Source: Amoebophrya sp. A120
Taxonomy: Eukaryota > Protista > Dinoflagellata
Assembly (NCBI GenBank): GCA_905178155.1
Contig: CAJINV010000021.1
Location: 417,050-481,049 of the forward strand
Direction: 5' to 3'
Length of the DNA: 64,000 bases
Shown: positions 1 through 11,800 of the stretch, one piece after another
Layout: every line of letters begins with the position of its first letter
Position numbering within the stretch: position 1 is the stretch's first letter
Program-made: the position numbers and the translations under genes
The notes under the pieces: generated by a model
What the model was told of the DNA's origin: nothing
What the model saw: the letters and a program-made list of their open reading frames with translations, nothing else
Databases searched by the model: none

Positions 1-1
1 A

Positions 2-1651
2 AAACGCTCTCCGGACGGATCCCCCAAAGTGCTGGAGGTACGGACGTTGAGTCCCGAGCGGCTACGGGAGCTGGTGGGGCAGCACGGAGAAAACATCACG
101 CGGAATGTACGGGAGGCAAGCGCGGGTGGGCAGCAGACCTTTCTCGTCGACTCCCCGACCTCACCGGGGCGGAGGCAGATCCGAAGCGGCAGAAGTGCTG
201 CCCGCAATACGGCAGAGGTGGAGCACCAGATCGGGATCCAGAACATCTCGCCAGCACATTCCAGAGCGGAAGGAGCAAGAAATTCAACATCAAAAGCGAT
301 GTTGACTACAAATGTCCACGAGGACCACGAAGGCGGCGCCCTTCCGCCTTATTTGCGCTCGGTGGTTGAGCAATCGAAAACGCTGCAGACAGTTCCTGCC
401 ACCTCAGCTTCCGCTGATGGCAGAAGTGGCCCGGCGTGGCGCCTGTTAGACACACACGTGTCAAGAGAGGAAGGGGGCTTTGTAACAACAAGTGTGATTC
501 GTTTGCAAGGACTCTTTGGTTCGTCATCATCTCCTGGACGACAACGAGAAGACGAGGACAGGGATGAAACAAACGCTGCAGAACCCCCTTCGACACCCAA
601 GGCCGCTGCAGCGGACGAAGAAGCTACTGGTACTGCGCGTGCAGAAATTTTACCGCAAGAGCAGTTGCTGGACCAGCAACACGACATCACGACCACGCCA
701 CTCCAGCTCCCCATCCTGCGCTACCTCCGCATTGACCTTCGGGATGCGGTCAGCTCGAATCGACTCGTGCGCGAGCGCTGCTCCATCGGGGTTCGGCGGT
801 TGCAGGTCCACGGCTGCGGTTTCTCGGAGCACCGCCGGGCCAAAACTTTGCTGCAGGCACGCGCGGGCCGCGTCTGCGAGCTCTTGTTCGCCGCGGTCGA
901 AGCGTGTCCGACGAACATACTCGCCTGGCGCCAACTGTTCTGGATCCTGACTGTTTTCGTCCACGAGCAGGTGCAGGAGACGAAACTGTTATTGTGAGGA
1001 AAAATATCCCCTCCCCATATTGAAACGGAAATTTGTGTTGCTGGATTTGTGTACACAAATCTGCTCTGTCTTGCAGTGAGGCACTGCAGGCAAAGCCTAA
1101 GCCTATGTAGGTGTGTTTTGATGTAGGTGCTTAGCATAGCAGAGGCCTGCCATGTAGCTGCAACAGCAATACAAATCGCCTGCATAGTCCGGCGGATTCT
1201 TTGGATTTGCCCTCTTGCAAGAGAGACAGGATTTGTGGCCACAAATCAGCATCGCAAATTTTTCGGGGCGTGCCCGTTCAATATGGGGAGAAGGGATTTT
1301 TCCTTACGATAACTGTGCTCGAGAAACCGCCACGCCTGGATCTCCGAGGCCGTCGCGCGGGCGAGGAGAAAAAACGAGGCGGGAACTTCTGGTATCAACA
1401 GTTTGGCGGTCACTCACGACTCGGTGTCGGCAGTTCTGCGGTTTCGAATGGAAGAGATTTTTGCTGAGAACAAGGACACGCAAGTACTAGGAGATGAAAA
1501 ATCAAGGAGGAAATCGTCCGAAACGTCGCACCAGGTGGAGGAAGATGATGGTGAACAAGAAGCCTGTGAAGTACTAGAACAACCCTACATCCTCCTCGAT
1601 CGGCTGTGGCAGGAGTACATCCGGTTTTCGAGCGCTGACTGTGGCAACTGA
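2..1651 (+). CDS. 3' part of an uncharacterised protein (5'-truncated by the window), one TIR intron
   Basis: Frame is open from the window start. Removing 990-1316 joins ...QETKL to CSRNRHAW...LAVTHDSV (ORF 1403-1651, same frame). Confidence 0.7.
990..1311. mobile_element. TIR intron (introner), family A
   Basis: About 40-bp TIR TATTGTGAGGAAAAAT.../...ATTTTTCCTTACGATA; 5-bp duplication ACTGT; related to 10042-10370. Confidence 0.9.
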
Positions 1652-2418
1652 AGAAATCTACTCCAGGACTGCTGGGAGGTGATGTAGTTCCAGGGACGAA
1701 AGCGAGGCAGCTTCCACCCTGCAGCTCTCTGGAAGGGCATTTGCTACTCGGTCGGGGGGCGCAAGCACCAGCTTGCTTTACAATGATTGAGATTCCAAGC
1801 TTCCTAGAAGACGAGCGAAGACGTCGGCACGACCGACCAAGAAATGCACGCAGATGAAGATGTATGATTGAATATGTAAAACGAACGCTACTTGATGAAA
1901 AATGTAAGGTCCTAAATTAGGAGGAAAATGTCGAACACATCAACTTTTGTACGAGTGCGCTTGAAGACCACAGTGTGTGTGCGTCTGGACAGCAGTAGTC
2001 AGGCTGACTTCGCTGTCTTGCCAGCATGCTGTTTCTACTTGAGTGTGATCTTCTCCTCTCATACATAGTGAAGGAGCTTCATGAGAGAACGAGGCATCTA
2101 TTGGACCGCTATCTTCCACGGCAGTCAACTACTGAAGAATTCGCGGGGAGGAGTGCTGCTGCGTCGAGAACTACAACGAGGGGGCAATAAAGTGAATAAG
2201 ATGTAAATGATTTTTCATGAGTATGAGTGCAGGGCGGGGACAGAGTGACAGTGGGTAATCGTAGAGCAACAGCGAGAACAGCTTTCTGATACGCCAGAAA
2301 CAGTAGACAAGAGGGCTGCGAGCCACAGCCACGTGACGTAGAAGCTGCAGTGGCATAGATCGCGAGCATGAGGGCATCATCTTTTTCACGACCTCGCAGT
2401 AGTTGTACCAGGGGCTCA

Positions 2419-4788
2419 ATGAGGAGGCCGCGGTGGTCTGCTCTGGTACAGTGTGCGCTCGTACTTGCTGAACTCGCTGCAGGCTTCATCTACCTGGACA
2501 AGGACCTCAAGTCCGCTGGCTCTACAGGCAAGCTGCTGCGAAAGCAAAAGGACGAGGGCAGGAACGACATCAATTTCAGCAAGGGCTTCTATGACGAACT
2601 TGACCCACAGGCGACACGGCCGGCGCCTGAGAAGATGAAGCTGTTGACCCTCGATCGTCGTGTAAGCAGAGACTCGATCGCAATCGGCGGCGATGGGACT
2701 ACTGCGTCTGCAGAGGGGAAGCAGCTGCTCTGTGCGCTGCGTGACTCGGGTCGAGTTTGCGTTCCCGTTGTGGGAGACGACAAAAGGAGAAGCTGCGTCG
2801 CGAATTCGAGCGAATGCCACACAGGAGCAGCCGGGCGGCGAGGACGATGCAGCAGCAACTTCCTCTTTTGCGGCTAAGAGTAGGAGACTATCACTTTCTT
2901 CACCAGAACAAGAGTCTCTTGCAGCGGAAGCACAAGGAGCCCCCGACCCCGAGCAAGAAGACGCCTCTACTTTCTACCGTCCGCCCCTGGTGGGGAAAAG
3001 CTGCGCGATCGTGTCGAACAGTGGCGCCATGCTTTTGCACTCCTACGGAGACGAGATTGACGCGCACGATTTCGTACTGCGCATGAACCGAGCGCCGACG
3101 CGAGGCTTTGAAAAACACGTGGGGAAGAGGGAAAGCATTCGCGCGGGGTGGGACAGCACGCAATTCTTGAGGGCATTCTGTACTGAACGAGGTGCGGCAC
3201 TAGAAGCGACGGGAACGTCTTCAAGCGGCGTCGCGGATGAATCAGTGATTGAAGGAGCGAAGAACAGCAGCTCTGCTGGAGGTGCGTCAGCGTCGTCGCG
3301 CGAAACCGTCTACGTTCCTGAAGAGTTCATTCCGAGTCCCGAATGCATGCAAGTAACGCAAAATGAAAACAACGAGCAGGACGTGCAGACCGAGCTGAAA
3401 ACAGCCGCAGCTGCCCCACCAGACTTGTCAGAGCACACTGTTGCTTCTGTTGCCGAGCAAGAGAAGAGACGAGGGAGCATCAGCTCAACACGACCTCCCC
3501 TAGTTGTACCGTTCATGAAGACGTGGCAGAACGTCGGCATCATAGACGACACTTCGATCACTCGCTTCCTCCAGGAGCAGTATGGCGCTTCTGAGGCGTT
3601 GGCGTCTCTTCAGGGTGGCGGTGGAGAGACATCCGGGGCTTACTACGGCGTCATCTTGCTCTATGGATGTGTCAGAGTTGAGATCGACAAAGTTGAAATA
3701 ACTTGTAATGCATAAAATGGATACCATTTGGAAGCCCAATTTCCAAGCGGCGCATGACAAATTTCCGGAGCATCGGAATCCAATTTGTCGTGCTGTTTGG
3801 GCACAGAAGACCGCTTCTGTCATGCTCCTTTAGCAGCTCTTTTCCAAACCCTAAATAGGCTCACAATCTGCCTCGCTTGCCATCCCGGCAAGAGAGGCAA
3901 TTCATGCCTTGCAATTTATGCATGAGACATTATTTCAACTTTGACGATTTCAATTCTGACGCCTCCACATGCTCGGCTACTGCGACCACGTCGATTTTTA
4001 CGAGATGGCACCGTCGGAAGCGGCCCTGATATGCAAGAAAAAACTGTATGCGGGTAAGTCTGTAAATGCAAAGCTGCATGCGACACAGTTACTGTTACAC
4101 TTGTCATGCTAGTACAACCCACCAGCCATGAGGTCCTATTTCATGTGCGTTTTCATGTACTAGCTATGCATGACGGGATTTTTTCCTTGTCAAGCAGAGC
4201 AAATTTGTCATGCTGTCAAACGAAGACACCTATAGTAACACAGTTTTTTTCTTCGATACCTGACGCAACAGAACCACTACTATTCATCATTCTTTGGTGG
4301 CGAGATCCAAGACGAGCGGCCAAGTACGGAGAACGAACCCTGGGGCCGGGGGGCCTTGACGAACAGCTTCCACGCGTGGGTCCTATGCATTGCAAATATG
4401 TCTGGGTCTGTGGAAGATTGCGCGACTTGTCCTGCTCGGCCAGCACCACCCAAAAGCCTCTCAATTTTTTTTTTTTTGTGTTATGCAAAAACACAGTTAT
4501 TTCTCATGCAGAATAGCAATAGACAACACCTTCTAGCACCGCAGACGAAACTTGTTATGCTGGACCGTCAACTGATTAATTGTGGCGTCCTCAAGATGAG
4601 CCAACTAGCGTCACATGTTTCCGGAACCACATCGATGACATGCTTGCATTTGATAGGTCCGCGCGGAGCACGATTTTTTTCGTCGAGTGGCAATCACACC
4701 AGCGGAAGAAAGCCTCCGAACAGGGAAGCTGCGCATCCAGGGGCTCTCAACACTCACGGAGGAGGACTGCGCAGGTGCACCAAACTGA
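2419..4788 (+). CDS. GT29 sialyltransferase-like protein, copy 1 (3 TIR introns; one apparent extra G at 2748-2750)
   Basis: Hydrophobic N-terminus; sialylmotif L (CAIVSNSG...EIDAHDFVLRMNRAPTRGFEKHVG). After splicing: motif S (SGAYYGVILLGYCDHVDFY), NHYY and a VS-like HAWVRAE. The frameshift is evident against copy 2. Confidence 0.85.
3662..3969. mobile_element. TIR intron
   Basis: TIR TATGGATGTGTCAGAGTTGAGATCG/CGATTTCAATTCTGACGCCTCCACA; duplication TGCTC. The paralog shows the empty site (TTGCTCGGATACTGC, about 7395). Confidence 0.93.
4030..4258. mobile_element. TIR intron, family B
   Basis: TIR TATGCAAGAAAAAACTGT/ACAGTTTTTTTCTTCGATA; duplication CCTGA; homologous to 11082-11302. Confidence 0.92.
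4384..4655. mobile_element. TIR intron
   Basis: TIR TATGCATTGCAAATATGTC/GACATGCTTGCATTTGATA; duplication GGTCC. Removal gives HAWVRAEHDFF, matching the uninterrupted paralog HGLLRAEHDFF. Confidence 0.9.
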
Positions 4789-5482
4789 AAATTTGGTGCG
4801 GTTGCATTCTTTCGCTTTCATCTGGCACCCGTAGAAGTGCAGCGAGCGCGAGCTGGTGAACCGCCCGCGAGGGCGGCGCGGGGAAACCCGCGAACGCCAC
4901 GAAATCGTGGACAAAATAGAATTCTACGAAAGCCATGCGATAAGGTCAGGACACACAGAACAGAGTTACATAATGCATGGGACGAGTCTGATTTTCATTT
5001 TTTATTTTTTACACGCTGCACCACCTCCACCAGGGTGGAGGAGCAAATACTTCATGACTTGGGAGAATAGACACGAACAAGTACTTTACTACTGTCGCTC
5101 GGAGTAGATGTAGAAGAAGTGACACCTGTAAGTTGTTCTTTGATAGCACCACCGCTCGAGATGAACGACGGAATGCGCAGCGTCAAGCTAGTGTAGTTGT
5201 GGAATGTCGAACTGACAATGTGCGTGCACCGCAACGAGGGGTTAGTGGAGGTTTTGGTACATGACCACACAGACAAGAGGGCGGAGCGGAAGATTAAGTA
5301 TGTTCGTTCAACGCCGCCAGATAGACACTGCACGTCGAGAAGATCAGCAGTGATATGGTGCTACTAGCGAAGATCCAGCAGGTATTTTTTGCTGTGGGTA
5401 CTATAGGAGAGCTAGAACAACTACAACTTCTAGGAGAGGTACTTCTACCAGAGGCCGCGCCGCTCCACCAGAGTCAGAGACC

Positions 5483-8072
5483 ATGAACTACATGATGGCA
5501 GCACGACGCCCATTTATTTGCAGCGGTTCTCGGGAGAGCTGGCGGCGATGGTGGTCGGCTTTACTACAACTTGCTCTCCTGCTCGGTGGAGATGAAACAG
5601 AAACTGTACGAGGTTTCAAGGAAGTTGCCGAAACACCTACTTCCAGCACAGGAGGAAAGTTGTTGCGGAAGCACGAGCACGACGGTACCATTAACGACAA
5701 GATCGGTCCTCCGGTCCAAGAACCCCAAGACGAGGACCACCACGTCGATGGTGCACCCAAGAACACACGGCCCCGGCTGCACGTGAAGAACAAGAGCCTA
5801 CCGACGGCGCTCCTTCGCGTCGCCAGGAACTCTGCCGCTACTGGCGGTGACGGTAGGAACGCGTCTGCCGAGGGGAAACAGCTGCTCTGTGCGCTGCGTG
5901 ACTCAGTCGAGTTCGCGTCGCCGCCGTGGGGTGTGGCGAAAAGAGGAGGAGCTGCGTCGAGTGGAGGAGGTCCTCGTTTGAATGTGAATGTCCTCGCGCC
6001 GGCACGGAACACCGAGGAGGACCTCCAGGCTGACGAGGCAAGAACATCATCCTCAGAACAACTTCTTCTAAAGCCGGGAGTAGACGCTGGAGTACATCAG
6101 GAACAAGAAGACGCCTCTACTTTCTACCGCCCGCCTCTGCTGGGGAAGAGCTGCGCGATTGTCTCGAGCAGCGGCGCCATGCTTTTGCACGAGTATGGAC
6201 ATGAGATTGACGCGCACGACTTCGTACTGCGAATGAATCGAGCACCGACGCGACGGTTTGAGAAGCACGTCGGGAAGCGAGAAAGCATTCGCGTGGGGTG
6301 GGACAGCCCGCCTTTCGTACGGCAGTTTTGCAGAGAGCAAACGGCTGCATTTAATATTTTAGCAGCGACGGCGGGAAATAAGAGGAAGAGCCGCGCGGCC
6401 CACGGCCGCGTGCAGAATAAAAAAGATCAGCAAGAAGAAGCGGACGGCACTGCAGCCGCTGTAAACAACTCTTCACATGAGATGGACGACGAGACCGTGT
6501 ACATCATGGCGGACGAAATCCCGCACCCTGAATGCACGCAAATGCAAAACAAGCAGGCCGAGCTAAAAGAAGCAGTCCTCTTCAACGCCGGGCACGCCGC
6601 TGCTGCTGTGGCGGCCGACGAGACGACACCACCACTCTTTGAGGACGAAATACAGAGCACGAAGGATCATGAAGATCTACCGCGTCGGAGGACAAGTAGA
6701 ACAAGTGCGTCGATTGAAGGTGACGGAGCACTAAACAAGGTCGACGAGGGTCGTGAAGAAGATGACTTTCTCGCGCACGACAAGGACAATAATTTGTTCG
6801 GCAACTACAAGAATACGAGCAAATCTTCTACACCCATAATTCGAATTCCGTCCATCTTCATCAAGACCTTTCAGAACGTCGATGCAGACACTGGATCGCT
6901 CGGGCGCTTTCTTCTGGACGTTTACGGCCCCGGGGAAGCGCAGGCGCTGGATGCGCGCACAACAGACCCGTCATCGGGAGCGAAATACGGGGTACTACGA
7001 AAGCGAAATAAAAATAAAGCTCTAGTATCGAGGACGATCGATGTTGAAGATGTGCTGGATGTCGATAAGTACAGGTAGTTCTCGTTTTCATGCATTGATG
7101 AAGATTTGTCTTGCAGCAGCGGCACCAGCAGCTCCTCACCACTGACGCCCCCTCGGAAGTCTAAGTAAGTTGTAACAGCAAGTATGGCGCACAATTGCAA
7201 TTGCTGCAGCAAGTTGCTGTAGCGCTATCAAATTTGGGATAAAACTTTCGACTTCGGGTGGGTTTTGTAACCATAGCTGCGCTTGTTCTTGTATCGCCCC
7301 CTCACGCAGCTGAAATAATGAACACTATCTCAGCTGCAACCTTTGCAGCCGATAGGGATATGGCTTCTTTTTATTTTTCGTTTCACAGGTGATGTTGCTC
7401 GGATACTGCGACCACGTCGATTTTTACGAAAAGGCACCGTCGAAGGCGGCGCTTGTATCCAATGAAAAATGATAGAAAGCCGGACTACTTATTGCAACAA
7501 CCCCACCTCGTCAAATCATGGCGCAGACACCATGAAGATGCAGAGCGCGGTAAATAGTAGGTACCTACTTCTACTTAAGTACACAATCATAGAGGACGTA
7601 AGCTCTTGATGTTGATGTCATGCCAAATATATTCCATCTTCTCCTTGGATACCTTGGGGCGATAAACCATTACTTCTCCCGTCCCGACGCTTTGCTCGAC
7701 CCCGAATCGGATGAGCAGGAGGACACTGCATCTAGTGCGGCTGCGGTTCTTTTCGCTGACACCGGTGTGGAACTTGTGCGGAGGACGACCGGAAGAAGAT
7801 CTTCGAAGCAGGAGCGCAAGAAAACATCATACCTCGACCAGGAACAGGAACACCAGCCTCTTAGTCCTCCGCACGACGTCCAGCTCCCGAGTACGGAGAA
7901 CGAGCCGTGGGGCCAGGGGGCTGAAATGAACTCCTGGCACGGGTTACTCCGCGCAGAGCACGATTTTTTCCGTCGCGTGGCCATGACACCAGCAGAAGAA
8001 AGCCTGCGAACCGGGAAACTGCGCATCCAGGGGCTTGCGACCCTCACGGACGAGGACTGTCGACCAGGCTGA
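5483..8072 (+). CDS. GT29 sialyltransferase-like protein, copy 2 (GT-AG intron 6992-7388; TIR intron 7456-7656)
   Basis: Sialylmotif L; spliced SSGAKYGVMLLGYCDHVDFY...AALGAINHYF...WHGLLRAEH; clear paralog of 2419-4788. Confidence 0.87.
7456..7651. mobile_element. TIR intron (diverged)
   Basis: TATCCAATGAAAAATG/CATCTTCTCCTTGGATA; duplication GCTTG/CCTTG; removal restores the frame into ORF 7620-8072. Confidence 0.85.
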
Positions 8073-8882
8073 GAATGATGTACCGAAGATTTGGGGCAGT
8101 CATCTCTTTCTTGCATTCTAGCGCTTCGTCTTCAACAATCAACGATACAAGTGCAGCGAACGGGACCGCCTGCGAAGCTGGACCGCCAGCACTCGCGAAC
8201 GCCGCGGCTCGTGGGTGATCGTGTCTACGTCATGGACGCACGTGAAAAACAACATCAAATAAAAGTGATGTAGTTATGAAGTCAGGGATCAAGAACAGAT
8301 TCTCGGCGAAAATAGACCGCTTGTCGCTCCATATCAATTGGTGGTCGGACGAGTATCCATCATCCAATCGGACGCATTCATCTTCATATAGTAGAGCTGT
8401 GCGCTACAAGAACATCAACTGCGCTGCGTTAGAAGCTGCAAAGCCTGCTGCTCTTGCAGATGCGAACAAAAGCTTTTGAGACCACGAAGGCGCTGACAAT
8501 TTTACGAGCCTGCGTTCTACTTTGGAGAAGTAGTAAACCTGTTGTGGATAGCTTGGCAGCATCAAAGCCGAAAACTCATCCTCATGCTAAGCCTATGATT
8601 ATGGCAGGAAAACCAGATAAAGGTCGTAACTATGTGTATGTCAATGTGCATCTGGTAGTGGTACATCTTCGAAACCAAGAATCGCCTTTTTTTATTTGTC
8701 ACCTACTGGGCCCGTGCCGTCGTCATTGTGCGGAACCAAAAGTATTCGGCATCGGCTTTCCAGTACGATACAAGACGAGGCTCGAATTTTTCAGCACACT
8801 CCTCCCGGCTGGAACATCTATCTAAAAGTATTGCAACTGCAAGATTTATTCGGATGATGAAAGTAAGAACTACAACTACACG

Positions 8883-11800
8883 ATGGCAGCGACACATGGC
8901 AGGCGTTTTCGCGTGTTGGCGCTCCGCTCAGGGAGTTCGTTTTTGTTTCTCGTAGTCTTGCACCGCCTTGTCATCTTCATGCTTCACGAAACGCTGCCCG
9001 CCGCTGCCACGGACAGAACAGCCAGGCTAGGGAACACTGAGGAAGATGATGCTGTGCGTCTGGTGGGTCAACAGGGAGGAGATGAAGTGCAGCCGCAAGA
9101 GGACTTTGATGCTGCCGATCCAAGACCAACGGAGAGACCACCCGATCCTGCAGATGCAACTCGTCTTCAAGCACATAGACAAGCTGCGCAGGAGAGGAAC
9201 CGACGCGATGTGGAAAATAACATCAACACGGACGACGAGGTGTCAAGAGCCAGTACATCTCTATCAGTGCTCGCTGTAGCCGAGCATGCCGAGATGGATC
9301 AAGCAACTCCAGTGGGAGATCTGCCACAGCAGCTCGGCGCAGCGCGACTAGGTTCCGACCGGGCCGCTGCCCCTCCAACGCGGGGCGCTCCGCCGAGAAG
9401 AAAAAATCGCGTGAGCGGCACGAGAACCGAGCGTGATTCTTCTATTGTTCCTGGGGTACGAAACTACGCGGAGCCAATGTCTCCCGGAACAACAAACGCC
9501 GACCCGTCAGAGGACCACGGGGATAAAAATGCTCTAGCGACTGAGCGAGAGAAACAACATTATCGAGGAGGTGAGGCTGATAATCTCACTGGAGTAGATG
9601 CTGGAGGTACAGCAACTGTTCATCGCTCGGAGGATCTGCAAGAGGACGAGTTGTACAACGACCCTATGATATCCGAACTGCAGCTTTCGGCCGCCACCAC
9701 CAAAAATCCGGACGAGAAAACGAAGCCTTCGGACCTGGACAGCTCTTTTCGAACCCGGATAAAGATCGTGGACGAGGAACTGAAAGAGGAGAATGTGGGT
9801 TCCTGTTTGACCTACGTGTGCAGCGTGTCTACTGGGGGTGGGGGCGGGTCCGCCGCGACCAACGGGTACGACTTTCAATACACACTAGATGTGGACAAGC
9901 CTTGCAAGCTCACCAGCCCGGACACCACGGGCGACAACGCGAGTTGCGAGGCCGTGTGCTGCAGCTACTTTTACTGCTTCGTGAACCTACGCGATCTCGG
10001 GGTCGACTACGAGATGGCGGGGCTGAACGACAAAACCCGCATATTGCGAGGAAGAATCCGCCCTCCCCATATGCATATCGAAAAGGTATGTTTCCGAAAA
10101 TTTGTGTTGCTGATTTGAGACCACAAATCGCGTCTGTCTTGCAAGAAGACAAGCGCAGAGGCTTCCGCGCCGGTATGGAAGCGATTTGGCATGCTGTTGC
10201 GCCTAGGAAGCAGCCGCTTGTAATGCTAAGCAACTAGACGTAGACCCAACGAGCGCCCCTATCTAGGCCGAGGATCTGGCGGCCGCAATGCCCTCCTGCA
10301 ATACAAAACTCAAATACAGCATCACAGATTTCGGCTTTGATATGGGGAGGGGGAATTTTTGCTTTCGATACCGCACAGGCGTAGCCTTCAACGCCTGTGC
10401 GGACTATCCCGTGTAAAAACGTCCGCACCCCAGAGTTGTCTTGCAGATTTGCAATGACAAGAACATTTGTGATGCGCAGCCCCATGACAGGAAGTTCCCA
10501 TCGTGTTTTGAAATTTCTATAATGCTGTAAACAGAATGAGGAGCTGGGTTTGTAATGCGGCAGTCCTTGCTAACCTGCACTACACTACGAGCTGCAGCTT
10601 GTCATGCGTGACTCCCAAAGTTTCTGGGTTTGTGTTGCAAGGTCCCCATGATCTTGACTCTGGGGTGGGGACGTTTTTACTCAGGATACGGGCCAGCGAA
10701 CCGTCAAGTTCCTCAAGGTGCCTGCCTTCGAGGACCAGGGCGGGGGCCCCGGGGAAACCGCGGGCGACAACCGCATCGAGGTGGACAAATTTCTCGAACT
10801 GGAGAACTTCGTGTATGGTGTTGTCAAACGTTACATTCTCGAACTATTTCGTGTATTTGTGATGCAAGAACAGCAACAGTTAAATCGGCAAGCTTGCCAC
10901 TGTCGCATCACAGATTTTGCACAGATTTACATGCTGTTATAGCGCCTCGGAGATTTGTCATGCGAAGCAGCTTGATCATCTGGCCGCATAAGGTAGTTCT
11001 GCATGACAAATGTATGCAACAGCTGAGGGTGTAACGCTTGAACACGCCATATCGTGTCCGTGCCCGACTGCTACCACCGAATATGCAAGAAAAAAACTGT
11101 GTAAGTGTAACTCTGTAATGCAGAACACGCAACAGGAACAGAGTTACACCTGTGCCTGTCATGCCAGACAGCCATGAAGTCCCCTTTTGATGTGTGTTTT
11201 CCCTTACAAGCCACGGATGACAGGTTATCTCTGTCATGTACAGCAAATTTGTAATGCTGTCAGCGAAAGAAAGTTACACTAACACAGTTTTTTTCTTCGA
11301 TACCGAACGGGCTTCTTTCACTACCCAGTTGTCGGGACCGAAACCAAGCACGCGCTGCAAGTGCTGAAGCGGCAGAAACAAGTGGACAGCAACGTAGACA
11401 CCACGGCTTCCGGCCCGGTCGACTTCGACAACTTTTCCCTTCGCGAGCACCTCCCGGTGGCCTCGGCACTGACCACGCGAAATTTGCCGGACGACTCTCC
11501 CACCATCGACGAGATCCGAGACGCCGCGCGGACCAACGCGCAGGTGGCGAACAACGACGAGACCCTGGAAGTCCAACTTGGGCTACGCGGGTTTTACAAC
11601 ATCCATTCGCACGCCTTCGCGTGGGAGGACCCGATATTGAAGGTGCAAGGCGAGGGAAAGCTCGCGGGGGATATCCACCAGCAACTCGGCAAGAAGCGCG
11701 ATGAGTACAAACCGATGGATTTGTCCGTTGCGAACCCCGTTCAGGGCCCGAAAGCCGTCCTCGGGAAGACGCTTCGTCTGGTGGTCGCGGATTCCCGGGC

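Noticed and set aside
2748-2750. Programmed frameshift in GT29 copy 1
   Set aside because: One extra G in a short run relative to the paralog; sequencing indel or recent mutation is simpler.
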